Assembly (NCBI GenBank): GCA_963754875.1
Contig: CAVWHO010000014.1
Span: 64,001 to 128,000, forward strand
Reading direction: 5' to 3'
DNA length: 64,000 bases
From: Nitrospirota bacterium
Lineage (GTDB): Bacteria > Nitrospirota > UBA9217
The notes below the pieces were generated by a model. That model had not been told where the DNA came from and searched no databases. It saw only the letters and a program-made list of their open reading frames with translations. The position numbers and the translations under genes were made by a program. Of this stretch, positions 49,581 through 59,068 are shown piece after piece. Position 1 is the stretch's first letter; the number at the start of each line of letters is the position of its first letter.

Positions 49581-52550
49581 ATGTGGCGCGCTGTAAATAA
49601 TCTCCCCATCTCGATAAAACTGCTTCTGACATCATTTGTCTTCATTTTTATTGTCGTCTGCCTGGCAGTGGCCGCTTTCTCCGGACTTACCCGCCAAAAG
49701 GAAATAACCGAAGAACTCTATTCCATTCAATACCGGGACCTGCAACGCAGCGCAGGGATAACGGGGCTGATTGCGAAAACTCATGCGGACATCTCGCGCG
49801 TGCTACGCAGCTACGGGAAGACAGCACAGGCGGACAGAGCGAACGTGCTGGACAAGCATGAGACCGCGCTGCAGTCCGTCATTCAATCACTGCAGGAAGC
49901 GGCTGACTCCGGTCGCCTGAGTGCAGAGTCACAGAAGACGTACCGTAACGTTATCCCCGAAATACAACAATACCTGCAGTTGATCGAGCGCGTTCGTGAC
50001 GCCGGGAAAGCCGATGCGGTTTTTGTCCGGCAGGTCCCGGCCATGGCTGATGAGCGTTTTGAGGCGATCATGGGCCTGTTGCAATCGCTCAATGATGCGG
50101 GTGACAGGGCCGGCGCAAAAACGTATGAACGATCCCTGGTTGCTTATCGATCAAGGCTTACAACGCTCGGCGTACTGCTTGCCGCAGCCGTTTGCCTCAT
50201 CGTCATCAATTTATTCATCGTACGGAGATCGATAATCACGCCGATCAAATCAATCGAGCAGGCGGCCAGGAAAGTGTCGCAGGGCGACCTGGCGTTCGAC
50301 GTGACGGCAGAAAGCGGGGACGAGATCGGTCGGGCCGGGAAGCTCTTGAAGGAATCTTTTACCGCCATGGAGGGGGTGCTCCTGCGGATCAAGGAGCTGT
50401 CGGACAGAATACGCTCGGTCGTCGTCGAGGTTGAAAAGACGACGGAAAAAGTTCTTGCCGGGTCACAAACGGAAGCGGAAGCAACAAGCTCCATATCGAG
50501 CGCTGTCGCGGAACTGAACTCCACCGTCGACGAGATTGCCGGCAACACGGAAGGCCTCGTGTCCGCATCGGAATCCGTTTCCTCTTCGATCGATCAGATG
50601 GCTGCCAGTATCAAGAGGATCAACGCCAGCATCCAGGACCTGGACGGGCTGGCATCGTCGACGACCGCCTCGATCGAACATCTCTCGAATGCCATCCGCA
50701 CCGTGGCCCGCAATTCCGAAGATCTGGAGGGCGCGTCGGAGGAGACCAGCGCGGCAATCGTCCAGATCGCGGCAACGGTGCGAAAGGTCGAGACCCATGC
50801 CAAAGAGTCGGCAGACCTTTCGGAACAGGTGACCACCGAGGCGGCCACGATCGGGCTCGATGCGATCCTGAAGACGATCGAGGGCATGAAGGAGATAGCC
50901 CTGTCGGTCAACGATTCCGCTGCGGCCATCCAAGCTCTGGGAAAGAGATCGCAAGAAATAGAGATGATCGTCGGCGTCATCGAATCGGTCAACGAGGAAA
51001 CGAACCTGCTGTCCCTGAACGCGTCAATCCTTGCGGCGCAGGCAGGCGAGCACGGCAAAGGGTTCGCAGTCGTGGCCAAAAAGATCAAAGACCTCTCGGA
51101 CAAGACGGAGCGTTCGACGCGGGAGATCGCATCACTCATCCAAACGGTCCAGCAGGAAATGAACGATGCGGGAAAACTGGTAAAGCAGGGCATCCCAGTC
51201 GTTGAAGAAGGCACGCGGCTCGCGCAGGCCGGGGAAGATGCGCTCAGGAGGGTCCTGGATAGCTCGAAGCGGGCCTCGGAGATGACCCTCTCCATACGCA
51301 GGGCCACCGAAGAGCAGGTAAAATCAACGGTCCTTGTAGAAGAAGCCGCCCGGAGCGTGAAGAAAAAGGTCGGCGATATCGCCAAGGCCACGGCCGACCA
51401 ATCGCGCGAGGTCGCCCTCATCGCTCAGGCAGCAGAAAGTATGAAATCACTCGCAGACCAGGTGAGCAAAGCAACGGGAGAGCAGGCAACGAGCAGCGGG
51501 CAGATTGCGCAAAACACCCAGCTTGTTTTCGAAAGAAGCCACCAGATTTCACGGTCCCTCAGCGAACACCGGAACGGGTCGCGAAGTATTCAAAAAAGCA
51601 TTGAGGCCGTCCAGAATGTTCCCCTCGCAAACCAGGACCTTGCCTTCAGGATCAGCAAAACGCTCTGGAACCTTCAGAAAGACGTGGAACTTCTCGGGGC
51701 AGAAATGGAGCGGTTCTCGTTGGACGATACGCGGGGCTTCTCGCTCCGTTTCGGAGTCGTTCCTCTCAAAGAACCTTCGGAGATGTTCAGAAAATTCAAA
51801 CCGCTCTCGGACCACCTGGCCGCAGAACTTGGCAGACGGGTTGATCTGAAAGTCGCGATCGACATGGAAAGCGCCGTCAAGGACCTGGGCGACAACGTAA
51901 CGCAAATCTGCGCCATGGGCCCGGCAAACTACGTTGAAGCGCACAGGAAATACGGTGTCGTCGTCATCGCGAAAGCACTCCGGAGGGGGAAACCATTTCA
52001 CCGCGTGGCCATCGTGGTGCGGAAAAATTCTCCTATTCAGTCCGTAACGGACTTGCGGGGAAAACGCTTTGCCTTCGGCAACATCGGATCAGCAACCGGC
52101 CATGTTATTCCGCTCGGGATGCTGAAGAACGCCGGCATGACGACCGCCGACCTCGGCCATTGCGAATTCATCGGGCATCATGACCGGCAGATAAAAGCCG
52201 TGCTCGACGGGGACTTCGATGCCGCCGGACTCATCGATGAAGCAGCGCAGAAGCACCTGTCCGATGGCTTGCGGGTACTCACGCTTTCCATTGAGATACC
52301 GGAGTTCAATATATGCTGCAATCCTTCGGTTGACGGCGAAACGCGGGACCATCTCAGGACAATCCTGACGTCCCTTACTGCGGCGAACGAAAAAGACGTG
52401 CAGATCCTTCAGGCGCTCGGGAAAGACTGTACGGGTTTCCTTCCCGCTTCTGAAAAGGATTATACCGAATTCAGAGACGAAATCGATAGTGTCGCGAACC
52501 TCGTTGCGGAAGAGGTCCAAAACCGGCCCGTTCAGCCGGGGCGGCGCTGA
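49581..52550 (+). CDS. Methyl-accepting chemotaxis protein with a C-terminal PhnD-like binding domain
   Basis: TM-sensor-TM-HAMP, then TNLLSLNASILAAQAGEHGKGFAVVA, then LRFGVVP..FKPLSDHL..GKRFAFGNIGSATGH. Confidence 0.87.
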   Translation: MWRAVNNLPISIKLLLTSFVFIFIVVCLAVAAFSGLTRQKEITEELYSIQYRDLQRSAGITGLIAKTHADISRVLRSYGKTAQADRANVLDKHETALQSVIQSLQEAADSGRLSAESQKTYRNVIPEIQQYLQLIERVRDAGKADAVFVRQVPAMADERFEAIMGLLQSLNDAGDRAGAKTYERSLVAYRSRLTTLGVLLAAAVCLIVINLFIVRRSIITPIKSIEQAARKVSQGDLAFDVTAESGDEIGRAGKLLKESFTAMEGVLLRIKELSDRIRSVVVEVEKTTEKVLAGSQTEAEATSSISSAVAELNSTVDEIAGNTEGLVSASESVSSSIDQMAASIKRINASIQDLDGLASSTTASIEHLSNAIRTVARNSEDLEGASEETSAAIVQIAATVRKVETHAKESADLSEQVTTEAATIGLDAILKTIEGMKEIALSVNDSAAAIQALGKRSQEIEMIVGVIESVNEETNLLSLNASILAAQAGEHGKGFAVVAKKIKDLSDKTERSTREIASLIQTVQQEMNDAGKLVKQGIPVVEEGTRLAQAGEDALRRVLDSSKRASEMTLSIRRATEEQVKSTVLVEEAARSVKKKVGDIAKATADQSREVALIAQAAESMKSLADQVSKATGEQATSSGQIAQNTQLVFERSHQISRSLSEHRNGSRSIQKSIEAVQNVPLANQDLAFRISKTLWNLQKDVELLGAEMERFSLDDTRGFSLRFGVVPLKEPSEMFRKFKPLSDHLAAELGRRVDLKVAIDMESAVKDLGDNVTQICAMGPANYVEAHRKYGVVVIAKALRRGKPFHRVAIVVRKNSPIQSVTDLRGKRFAFGNIGSATGHVIPLGMLKNAGMTTADLGHCEFIGHHDRQIKAVLDGDFDAAGLIDEAAQKHLSDGLRVLTLSIEIPEFNICCNPSVDGETRDHLRTILTSLTAANEKDVQILQALGKDCTGFLPASEKDYTEFRDEIDSVANLVAEEVQNRPVQPGRR

Positions 52551-52667
52551 TTCTGCGACAACTTTACCGGACAGGCAGTCCACAGTCGTTCTGACCGGCG
52601 CATGTGGGAAAGAAAACATAAATCAGCGATAAAATAGTTTTTGGCAGTGTTCTCCGGACGACGAATG

Positions 52668-52718
52668 ATGAACCCCGCGACTTGCAATCCCCCGGCTCCT
52701 GCCGAGGGGGCTCCACTA
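52668..52718. repeat. Short, internally deleted copy of the 15420-15533 element
   Basis: atgaaccccgcgacttgcaatcccccggctcctgccgagggggctccacta. Confidence 0.75.
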
Positions 52719-52733
52719 TAAAAAGGAGAGGCC

Positions 52734-53231
52734 ATGAGCGAAGACCAGAAGAAACAGTCAGACGAATGGATTGTTTACGAGAAGACCGAGAAAGGCGTCG
52801 AGGAGATCCAGACAAGAAAAAACAACCTGCCGCAGAAGTTTCGCACGCTTCTCATAGTTGTCGACGGGAAGAAAACACGAGGAAACATTCTCAACCAGTT
52901 CTCGACCCTGGAAGGGGCGGTCGCGGTGCTGGATGAACTGGAGCAAAAAGGTTTCATAATGAAAAAAGCCGACGTTCTCGCCCCCGGCGTATTCACGGCA
53001 GAAGAAGAAAAGAAACGGACACAATTGGCAAAAGCCTTCATGATAAACACTCTCAATGATGCAGTAGGATCGATGGGCCTGTCGCTGATAGAATCACTGA
53101 GGGCGTGCGAAACGCTCGAGGAGCTTAAGGGCCACTTCGAAAACTACCTCTACGCAATAAAGAGCGGAAGGGGGAAAACGACGGCTGACGAATACAAGGA
53201 AGAATTGCAAAAATACTTCAACGGCGATTGA
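52734..53231 (+). CDS. Hypothetical protein
   Basis: AGGAGAGG RBS; YEKTEKGVEEI..RTLLIVVDG..LEQKGFI suggests a winged-helix-like fold. Confidence 0.75.
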   Translation: MSEDQKKQSDEWIVYEKTEKGVEEIQTRKNNLPQKFRTLLIVVDGKKTRGNILNQFSTLEGAVAVLDELEQKGFIMKKADVLAPGVFTAEEEKKRTQLAKAFMINTLNDAVGSMGLSLIESLRACETLEELKGHFENYLYAIKSGRGKTTADEYKEELQKYFNGD

Positions 53232-53569
53232 TCAAAGAACGGATTGCAACGATTTTGAAATTTTCAAAATCACTAATCACCTTCCTGCTGCAGAACTGGG
53301 ACCGTCCCTGGTCGAGGAGCGCTCTCGAATCGAAAGCAGCGCGCGGGCTTTTACGCCAACCGCGAGAACCGACAGCGCATTCCCGACCTCTGCATTGAGA
53401 GAAACAGGTTCCTGCCAAAGCGTCCTTTTCCCGCTCGTTCTTTCCAGTTTTCTTCCCAGCTATCCAGAGCTCGCAGTGAGCAACTTACCGGGGCTGGTCG
53501 TTTCGATCGGTCCAGTGTCCTCGCCGCACGTCCAAGGGCCTCTCCCCGATAAAGCGGCGGAAACCGCCC

Positions 53570-53626
53570 ATACCCTAAAAATACCCCATCGAGATTCTTG
53601 CTATTTGTCAATCCGTCCTGTACAGT
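53570..53626 (+). promoter_or_regulatory. 20-bp operator (copy 3) plus sigma-70-like promoter
   Basis: ATACCCTAAAAATACCCCAT (53570-53589), 8 nt, TTGCTA, 17 nt, TACAGT. Confidence 0.7.
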
Positions 53627-53742
53627 AATTACCGAGTTTAGGACCATCGGGTCTACGGGCCGGTTGAATTTTAATTTTGGCGGTGCTGTATTGCCGCGTT
53701 GATTCCCCGGCTTTCGGGTCTTTTGCGCAGGGGAGGTTTTCC

Positions 53743-54459
53743 ATGAACAGACAGAAACATTCACTTCTGGTTGTTGAAAGCAGCGCCACGTATTTGTTCT
53801 ATATGTCGATGATGCTCAAAAAACTCGAATATACCGTACGGACCGCCACGACAGCTAAACTTGCCCTGCAAGCGATGAATGACTCACTGCCCGCACTTAT
53901 CATGATCGATACATCACTTGACGACATGAGCGGAGTGTCCCTGCTTGAAAAAATAAAAAAGGACCGGCGGCTGAAGACCATTCCCGTTATCATGCATACC
54001 TCAGACAGCGACCGGGCGGTCCAGGATAAATGCGTGGCACTCGGGTGCGTGGCTTATTTTAAAAAACCCGTTGAGCCGGACGAGCTGTACCGGGCCATCC
54101 AGTCAGCAACCGAAGCCACGCCGCGCCGGACCATCCGGATCGAAGCGTCCCTCAAGGTCGAGATAGGCGACGGTCCTTCCGCCGGCAGGAGCGTCCGGAC
54201 GGAAACCGTGACCTCCCTGTCCGAGAACGGCTTATACATAAAGACACTGACCCCTGAAGCAGTGAATACCAGAGTGCCTCTGAAGATATTCTTTACCAAC
54301 AGACAGGTCAATGTGAAAGCTGAAGTTCATTACAGCTCGGTGAAAATCGGCGGGCAACACAAACAACCGGGAATGGGTATGCAGTTCGTCAGCATCAGCC
54401 CGGAAGACAAGGCCTTTATCAGGGAATTCATCAAGGAACAGATCGCGAAGGGGTTATAA
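53743..54459 (+). CDS. Response regulator with REC and PilZ domains
   Basis: REC (VVES, MID, HT, KP); PilZ RRTIR, SLSENG and GMGMQF. Confidence 0.85.
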   Translation: MNRQKHSLLVVESSATYLFYMSMMLKKLEYTVRTATTAKLALQAMNDSLPALIMIDTSLDDMSGVSLLEKIKKDRRLKTIPVIMHTSDSDRAVQDKCVALGCVAYFKKPVEPDELYRAIQSATEATPRRTIRIEASLKVEIGDGPSAGRSVRTETVTSLSENGLYIKTLTPEAVNTRVPLKIFFTNRQVNVKAEVHYSSVKIGGQHKQPGMGMQFVSISPEDKAFIREFIKEQIAKGL

Positions 54460-54673
54460 CGAGGAAATTATTTTGTTGTGGTCAGCTTGAAATTTCGAAT
54501 CCTCAAACTGTATTAGGCAGCGGTTAATACCATGTTCCAATACCGGCAGCCGTATCTTTTGTGAGTGTTTGCATTACAGACGCATATCTTTTCTGAATGT
54601 CGGACAGTATGACGCGCCTTCCCCTATCCCCCAGTTTCGTTTGGACGACATTCTGCCGCCTGCTTTCATATTA

Positions 54674-56722
54674 TCACAGGGTCTTCGTAACCTCGTTTGA
54701 ATAGTCACTTTCCAGTCCTGAGGCATCTACGTCGGTCACAACAAAGAAATACGTCCCTGCGGGGAGACTTAATGTTTGCGTTATGGTCGTGGTCCCGGGA
54801 TTGCTAACATTCACGACCTGTGTATAGGTGTTACTTGCGGTTCCATAATATATCTTATACATTGATACGTCCGTTGAGGGATTCAGGGGTGACCCGTCTG
54901 TCATTGTCGTTGGCGCATCCCAGCTTAACGTTACGGCACTGCCTCCCGTCACGGTAAGCGCGGCAGTCCCCGAAACGCTACCCGATACACTCGTAATCGT
55001 GGTCGTCCCGACGCCGACTGCGGTGGCTGATCCGTTGGATCCGGCAACGTTGCTGATTGTTGCTATACTTGTGTCGGCGGACATCCAGGTCACTAACGAA
55101 GTCATGTCCTGCGTTGTGTTGTCGGAGAATGAGCCCGTCGCCGTGAACATTAGCGTGGCGCCGTTTGCAATAGAAGGGCTGCCGGGAGTCACGGCGATGG
55201 ATACAAGCGTTGCCGCAGTGATCGTCAGCGTCGTAGATTTTGAAATATTCCCCAAAGCGGCCGTGATCGTTGTCGATCCGGCAGCTATAGGAGTCACCAC
55301 GCCATTGGCGCCCGCAGCATTGCTGATCGTGGCTATACCCGTTGACGAAGAACTCCACGTCACCATTATTGTCAGGTCCTGCGTCGAATTGTCGGAGTAA
55401 GTCCCCGTAGCGATGAAGTGCTGCACAGTTCCCAATGCAATGCCGGGATTTGTCGGCGTGATTGACAGGGACACGAGCGTCGCGGGAGTAACGGTCAGTG
55501 CCGTAGATCCCGAAACACTCCCCATCGATGCCGAGATCGTTGTCGAACCGGCAGCTGTTGACGCCGCCACACCATTGGAGCCTGCGGCATTGCTGATAGT
55601 TGCAGCAGCCGTTGTCGATGACGTCCAGGTCACGGCTGCTGTCAGGTCCTGCGTCGAATTGTCGGAGTAAGTCCCCGTAGCAATGAAGCGCTGCACAGTT
55701 CCCAATGCAATGCTCGGATTTGTCGGTGTGACCGCAAGGGACACGAGCGTCGCGGGAGTAACGGTCAGTGCCGTAGACCCCGAAACACTTCCCAGCGCTG
55801 CCGCGATCGTTGTCGGGCCGGCAGCCGCTGAAGTCGCCACACCATTGGAGCCCGCGGCATTGCTGATAGTTGCAGCAGCCGTTGTCGATGACGTCCAGGT
55901 CACGGCTGCTGTCAAGTCCTGCGTCGAATTGTCGGAGTAAGTCCCCGTAGCGATGAAGCGCTGCACAGTTCCCAATGCAATGCTCGGATTTGTCGGCGTG
56001 ACCGCAAGGGACACGAGCGTCGCGGGAGTAACGTTCAGCGTCGTAGATCCCGAAACACTTCCCATTGCGGCCGTGATAGTCGCTGATCCTGATGCCACTG
56101 AGGCGGCCGATCCATTGGAGCCTGCCGTATTGCTGATGGTTGCAGCGGCCGCTGACGATGAAGTCCAGGTCGCGGCTGCTGTCAAGTCCTGAGTTGTGTT
56201 GTCCGAAAATGTCCCCGTGGCGGTAAATTGCTGGCTCGTTCCCACTGCGATGTTCGGATTCGTCGGTGTAACTGCCAGGGACACGAGTGTTGCCGGGGTA
56301 ACCCGCAGTGTGATCCATGCCGATATGGCGCCCATGATCACTTCAATGTTTGTACTGCCGACGCCTTTGGCGATTACGGTAATATGCCCGGGAGCCTTGA
56401 CCGCTGCTGCAGTCATGCCGGCGGGGCTGATCGTGGCCACGTTCGTATCAGTTGAAAGCCATGTCGCTGATGTTGTCAGGTCTTGTGTCGTGTTATCAGA
56501 GTATGTGCCGACAGCAGTGAACTGTTGGGTCGTGCCTGTTGCTATTATTGAATTAGTCGGTGTTATAGAAACGGACACGAGATGAGCCTGTTTGCTGCTT
56601 GTGGGGGTTGAGATACTATTTACGCCGCATCCGGCGAGATTTGCAATAAACAATGATACCAAAAGAACGGGATATATCTTCCTGATTGACATTGAGATGA
56701 ACCTCGCTTTCTTCGACGTCAT
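54674..56722 (-). CDS. Surface lipoprotein with six Big_2 Ig-like repeats and a C-terminal FN3-like domain
   Basis: Lipobox LAGC; repeated LVSLAVTPTNPSIA..FxATGTYSDNxTQDLT..TWxSS; terminal LSWDAP..YKIYYG..SDYSNE. Confidence 0.88.
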   Translation of the reverse strand: MTSKKARFISMSIRKIYPVLLVSLFIANLAGCGVNSISTPTSSKQAHLVSVSITPTNSIIATGTTQQFTAVGTYSDNTTQDLTTSATWLSTDTNVATISPAGMTAAAVKAPGHITVIAKGVGSTNIEVIMGAISAWITLRVTPATLVSLAVTPTNPNIAVGTSQQFTATGTFSDNTTQDLTAAATWTSSSAAAATISNTAGSNGSAASVASGSATITAAMGSVSGSTTLNVTPATLVSLAVTPTNPSIALGTVQRFIATGTYSDNSTQDLTAAVTWTSSTTAAATISNAAGSNGVATSAAAGPTTIAAALGSVSGSTALTVTPATLVSLAVTPTNPSIALGTVQRFIATGTYSDNSTQDLTAAVTWTSSTTAAATISNAAGSNGVAASTAAGSTTISASMGSVSGSTALTVTPATLVSLSITPTNPGIALGTVQHFIATGTYSDNSTQDLTIMVTWSSSSTGIATISNAAGANGVVTPIAAGSTTITAALGNISKSTTLTITAATLVSIAVTPGSPSIANGATLMFTATGSFSDNTTQDMTSLVTWMSADTSIATISNVAGSNGSATAVGVGTTTITSVSGSVSGTAALTVTGGSAVTLSWDAPTTMTDGSPLNPSTDVSMYKIYYGTASNTYTQVVNVSNPGTTTITQTLSLPAGTYFFVVTDVDASGLESDYSNEVTKTL
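54945..56290 (-). repeat. Intragenic 270-bp tandem repeats
   Basis: The block gtcaggtcctgcgtcgaattgtcggagtaagtccccgtag recurs near-identically at 55371, 55641 and 55911, with diverged units at 55101 and 56181. Confidence 0.9.
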
Positions 56723-56748
56723 ATTACCGAGGGGTCAACCAGATTGTC

Positions 56749-56764
56749 TGTGATTGCGGTTACA
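56749..56764. promoter_or_regulatory. Candidate Crp box
   Basis: TGTGA-N6-TTACA just upstream of the Big_2 gene; a Crp-family gene is adjacent. Confidence 0.45.
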
Positions 56765-57171
56765 CTATCTAGTGCCAGTTATCGTGCTGGTTTCCGACTT
56801 TTAATTCCGGCTTTGGATCAATAATTTTTGGACAGAGTTAGTTGCTCTTCGAGCGGAGGACTAAAAAAAATGTGATTTCCAGCGACACGTTTGTCTGGTT
56901 TTTTTGCGAACCGGAAAACAGCCGAATTGTTTCGCTTCGAAAGTGATATCAATCGGAGCTCACGGTCATTTTTGTCCTGCTTAATCGCCGGTGGGAAACG
57001 ATCGCGACATCATCTGGAAAGGCATTGGGCAGATCATCGTTGAAAGGATGATACCGTTGTGGATGATAAAGCGTGGGTGGGGTGGAAGGGGTTGATGATG
57101 ACAGGGCTGCCAGCTAGGTCCATGCATGAAGGAGACGGCCTTGCGGTCCTGAGGGAAGCACGTCTGAACGG

Positions 57172-57885
57172 TTAAAATTGGATCGATTCGAACTCGGGGC
57201 GGAGGAGGATATTTCTGTCCGCCTGGACTTTTATCAGCCCTTCCTTTCGCCATTTATCGAGGATCCGCGTTACGGTCTCGCGGGTAAGGCCGGTCATGTC
57301 GGCAATGTTCTGATGGATGAGGCGGATATTCAGGACCGTCCCCGCCGCCGTTTTCCCCCCGTAGGATTCTGCAAGCAGGAGAAACAACATTTTTACCCGC
57401 TGTGCTGCGTTGCTGAAGTTTAAGAGCTGTATTTTCTTCATTGATTCTCGGAGCCGCGAACAGAGGATCTGAAGCAGGTTCTTCAGGATTTTGTCTTGGC
57501 TGAGCAACAAAGAGTAAAAATCCTTTTTTGATATGATTGCAGTCACCGAATTTTTCGTTGCAAATACGGCAGCAGGTGCGGTCTTGCCGTCTATCAGAGA
57601 AAGCTCGCCGAAGAAATCGCCCGATTGATGTACCGTAATGATTATGTCTTTTCCCGCGTCCGTTGTCTGGACCACCTTCGCCTCTCCCTCAAGGATGATG
57701 TACATAAAATCATTGCTGTTCTCTTCATGGAGGATCACTTCATTTTTGGAGAAGCTGCGAATGACGACGTTCTTCCGTATCCGATGCAGTTCTTCGGGAG
57801 TCAATGAAAAAAACAGCGGGGTCTGTTGCAGCGACTCGATTCCATATTTTTTATTCACTTTTTTGCTTCGTTCCGCCTGCAGCAT
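57172..57885 (-). CDS. Crp/Fnr-family transcriptional regulator
   Basis: cNMP-binding GDFFGELSL; HTH IADMTGLTRETVTR. Confidence 0.92.
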   Translation of the reverse strand: MLQAERSKKVNKKYGIESLQQTPLFFSLTPEELHRIRKNVVIRSFSKNEVILHEENSNDFMYIILEGEAKVVQTTDAGKDIIITVHQSGDFFGELSLIDGKTAPAAVFATKNSVTAIISKKDFYSLLLSQDKILKNLLQILCSRLRESMKKIQLLNFSNAAQRVKMLFLLLAESYGGKTAAGTVLNIRLIHQNIADMTGLTRETVTRILDKWRKEGLIKVQADRNILLRPEFESIQF

Positions 57886-58045
57886 GGCTGGCTCCTCTGT
57901 GGTCCCGATAGGAATTGACAATATCAACCCAAGTACATATATTTTATCATACGTTGCCGTCACTGGCGAGTCGAATCTGTTGAATGCATTTCTCGGTCCG
58001 AAAACCGCGCCAGGGTGTTCACTTTTTGTCGCAAGGAGCTTCGCC

Positions 58046-58275
58046 ACGATCGTATCAGACCTCAACCCATTGACCGCCAGATTACGAAGACGCCATCTCT
58101 GCAGAAGGCGCTCGAGTTTTTGCGTTTACGCGGAATCCAAGACCTTCCCGACGGAAGGGTGGAGATCGACGGCCAAAAAGTGTATGCAATCGCGCGGCGA
58201 TATGAGACGACGGACACCGGCCCCCCGAAGTTCGAATACCACAAAAAGTACATCGACATCCAGTTCATTGCAACG
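58046..58275 (+). pseudogene. YhcH/YjgK/YiaL (DUF386) family remnant
   Basis: AAGGAG RBS then ACG-ATC-GTA-TCA-GAC (start codon lost), an early frameshift, KALEFL..IDGQKVYA..FEYHKKYIDIQ, then similarity stops. Confidence 0.7.
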
Positions 58276-58407
58276 AAAAGAGTGCCGGTTCACCATGCCG
58301 AATATAAACTGCCGATTTAAGTCGAAAGAAAACCTGCCCTTACTTCACCCGATCCTTTTTATCCTGAATCCTCCCGGCCTGTCGGCTGTTATGCTACAAT
58401 ATTATCT

Positions 58408-58977
58408 ATGAAGGACAGCCACGAGAAAAAGAAATCCGCAAGCGGCGCAGAGCCGGCACCCGAAGGTCAGACCAAGGACATAACGCCGGCGCTTTATCTG
58501 CGCGCAGCAAAGGCCCACCTCAAAAACGGCAAGCAAAAAGATGCATTTGTTCTTCTGCAGCAAGCCGCTGTGCATTATCCCGACGAGCCCATGATCCTTT
58601 CCTATTTCGGATGTCTCCAGGCCCTCGTGGGGAAAAAATACCGGAGCGGCATAGAAACGTGCATGCGGGCCATTGCCCTTTTAAAAGACAGGGAAGAAGA
58701 CGAAAAAGAGAAGCTCTACGCACTCTTCTATCTCAATCTGGGAAGGGCATATCTCGCAGCAGGAAAGAAACAGGACGCGATCACGGCGTTTACCACAGGG
58801 ATCAAGTATAATAGCAGCAATGGCGACCTGCTCAAGGAATTGCGCTCGATCGGAAAACGGAAACAACCTCCCGTATCGTTTCTCGGACGGTCTAACCCGA
58901 TCAATAAATATATCGGCATGATTTTGCATACAAGCAGTAAAGAGCCTGAAAAAATGCGGGGCAGGGGGCAACGCTAA
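58408..58977 (+). CDS. TPR-like hypothetical protein
   Basis: Helical repeats, FYLNLGRAYLAAGKKQDAI, and RKQPPVSFLGRSNPINKYIG. Confidence 0.8.
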   Translation: MKDSHEKKKSASGAEPAPEGQTKDITPALYLRAAKAHLKNGKQKDAFVLLQQAAVHYPDEPMILSYFGCLQALVGKKYRSGIETCMRAIALLKDREEDEKEKLYALFYLNLGRAYLAAGKKQDAITAFTTGIKYNSSNGDLLKELRSIGKRKQPPVSFLGRSNPINKYIGMILHTSSKEPEKMRGRGQR

Positions 58978-59006
58978 GTTCAGAGAATAGTGCATCGCGT
59001 TCATCG

Positions 59007-59041
59007 AAAAAAAGCCGGCGAAGTTATTCGCCGGCTTTTTT
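59007..59041. terminator. Bidirectional intrinsic terminator
   Basis: aaaaaaagccggcgaa-gtta-ttcgccggctttttt between convergent genes. Confidence 0.85.
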
Positions 59042-59068
59042 GTCATGCAACGGGGCGGAGAAGTTCTC

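Noticed and set aside
53630..53735. Possible c-di-GMP-I (GEMM) riboswitch before REC-PilZ (cgggtctacgg)
   Set aside because: It lacks the GGCAAAC, GNRA-capped P2 and GCAAA elements; a covariance search would be needed to revive it
54945..56290. Regular repeats considered as a possible CRISPR array
   Set aside because: The period is 270 bp and in frame within an Ig-repeat CDS; there are no unique spacers and no cas genes
54978..56318. 446-aa Cys/Arg-rich alternative-frame ORF inside the Big_2 gene
   Set aside because: It is an off-frame by-product of the tandem repeats and of Thr/Ala/Ser codon bias
57915..57927. FNR-like box TTGAC-AAT-ATCAA upstream of the Crp/Fnr gene
   Set aside because: The spacer is 3 nt rather than 4, and the protein lacks FNR cysteines
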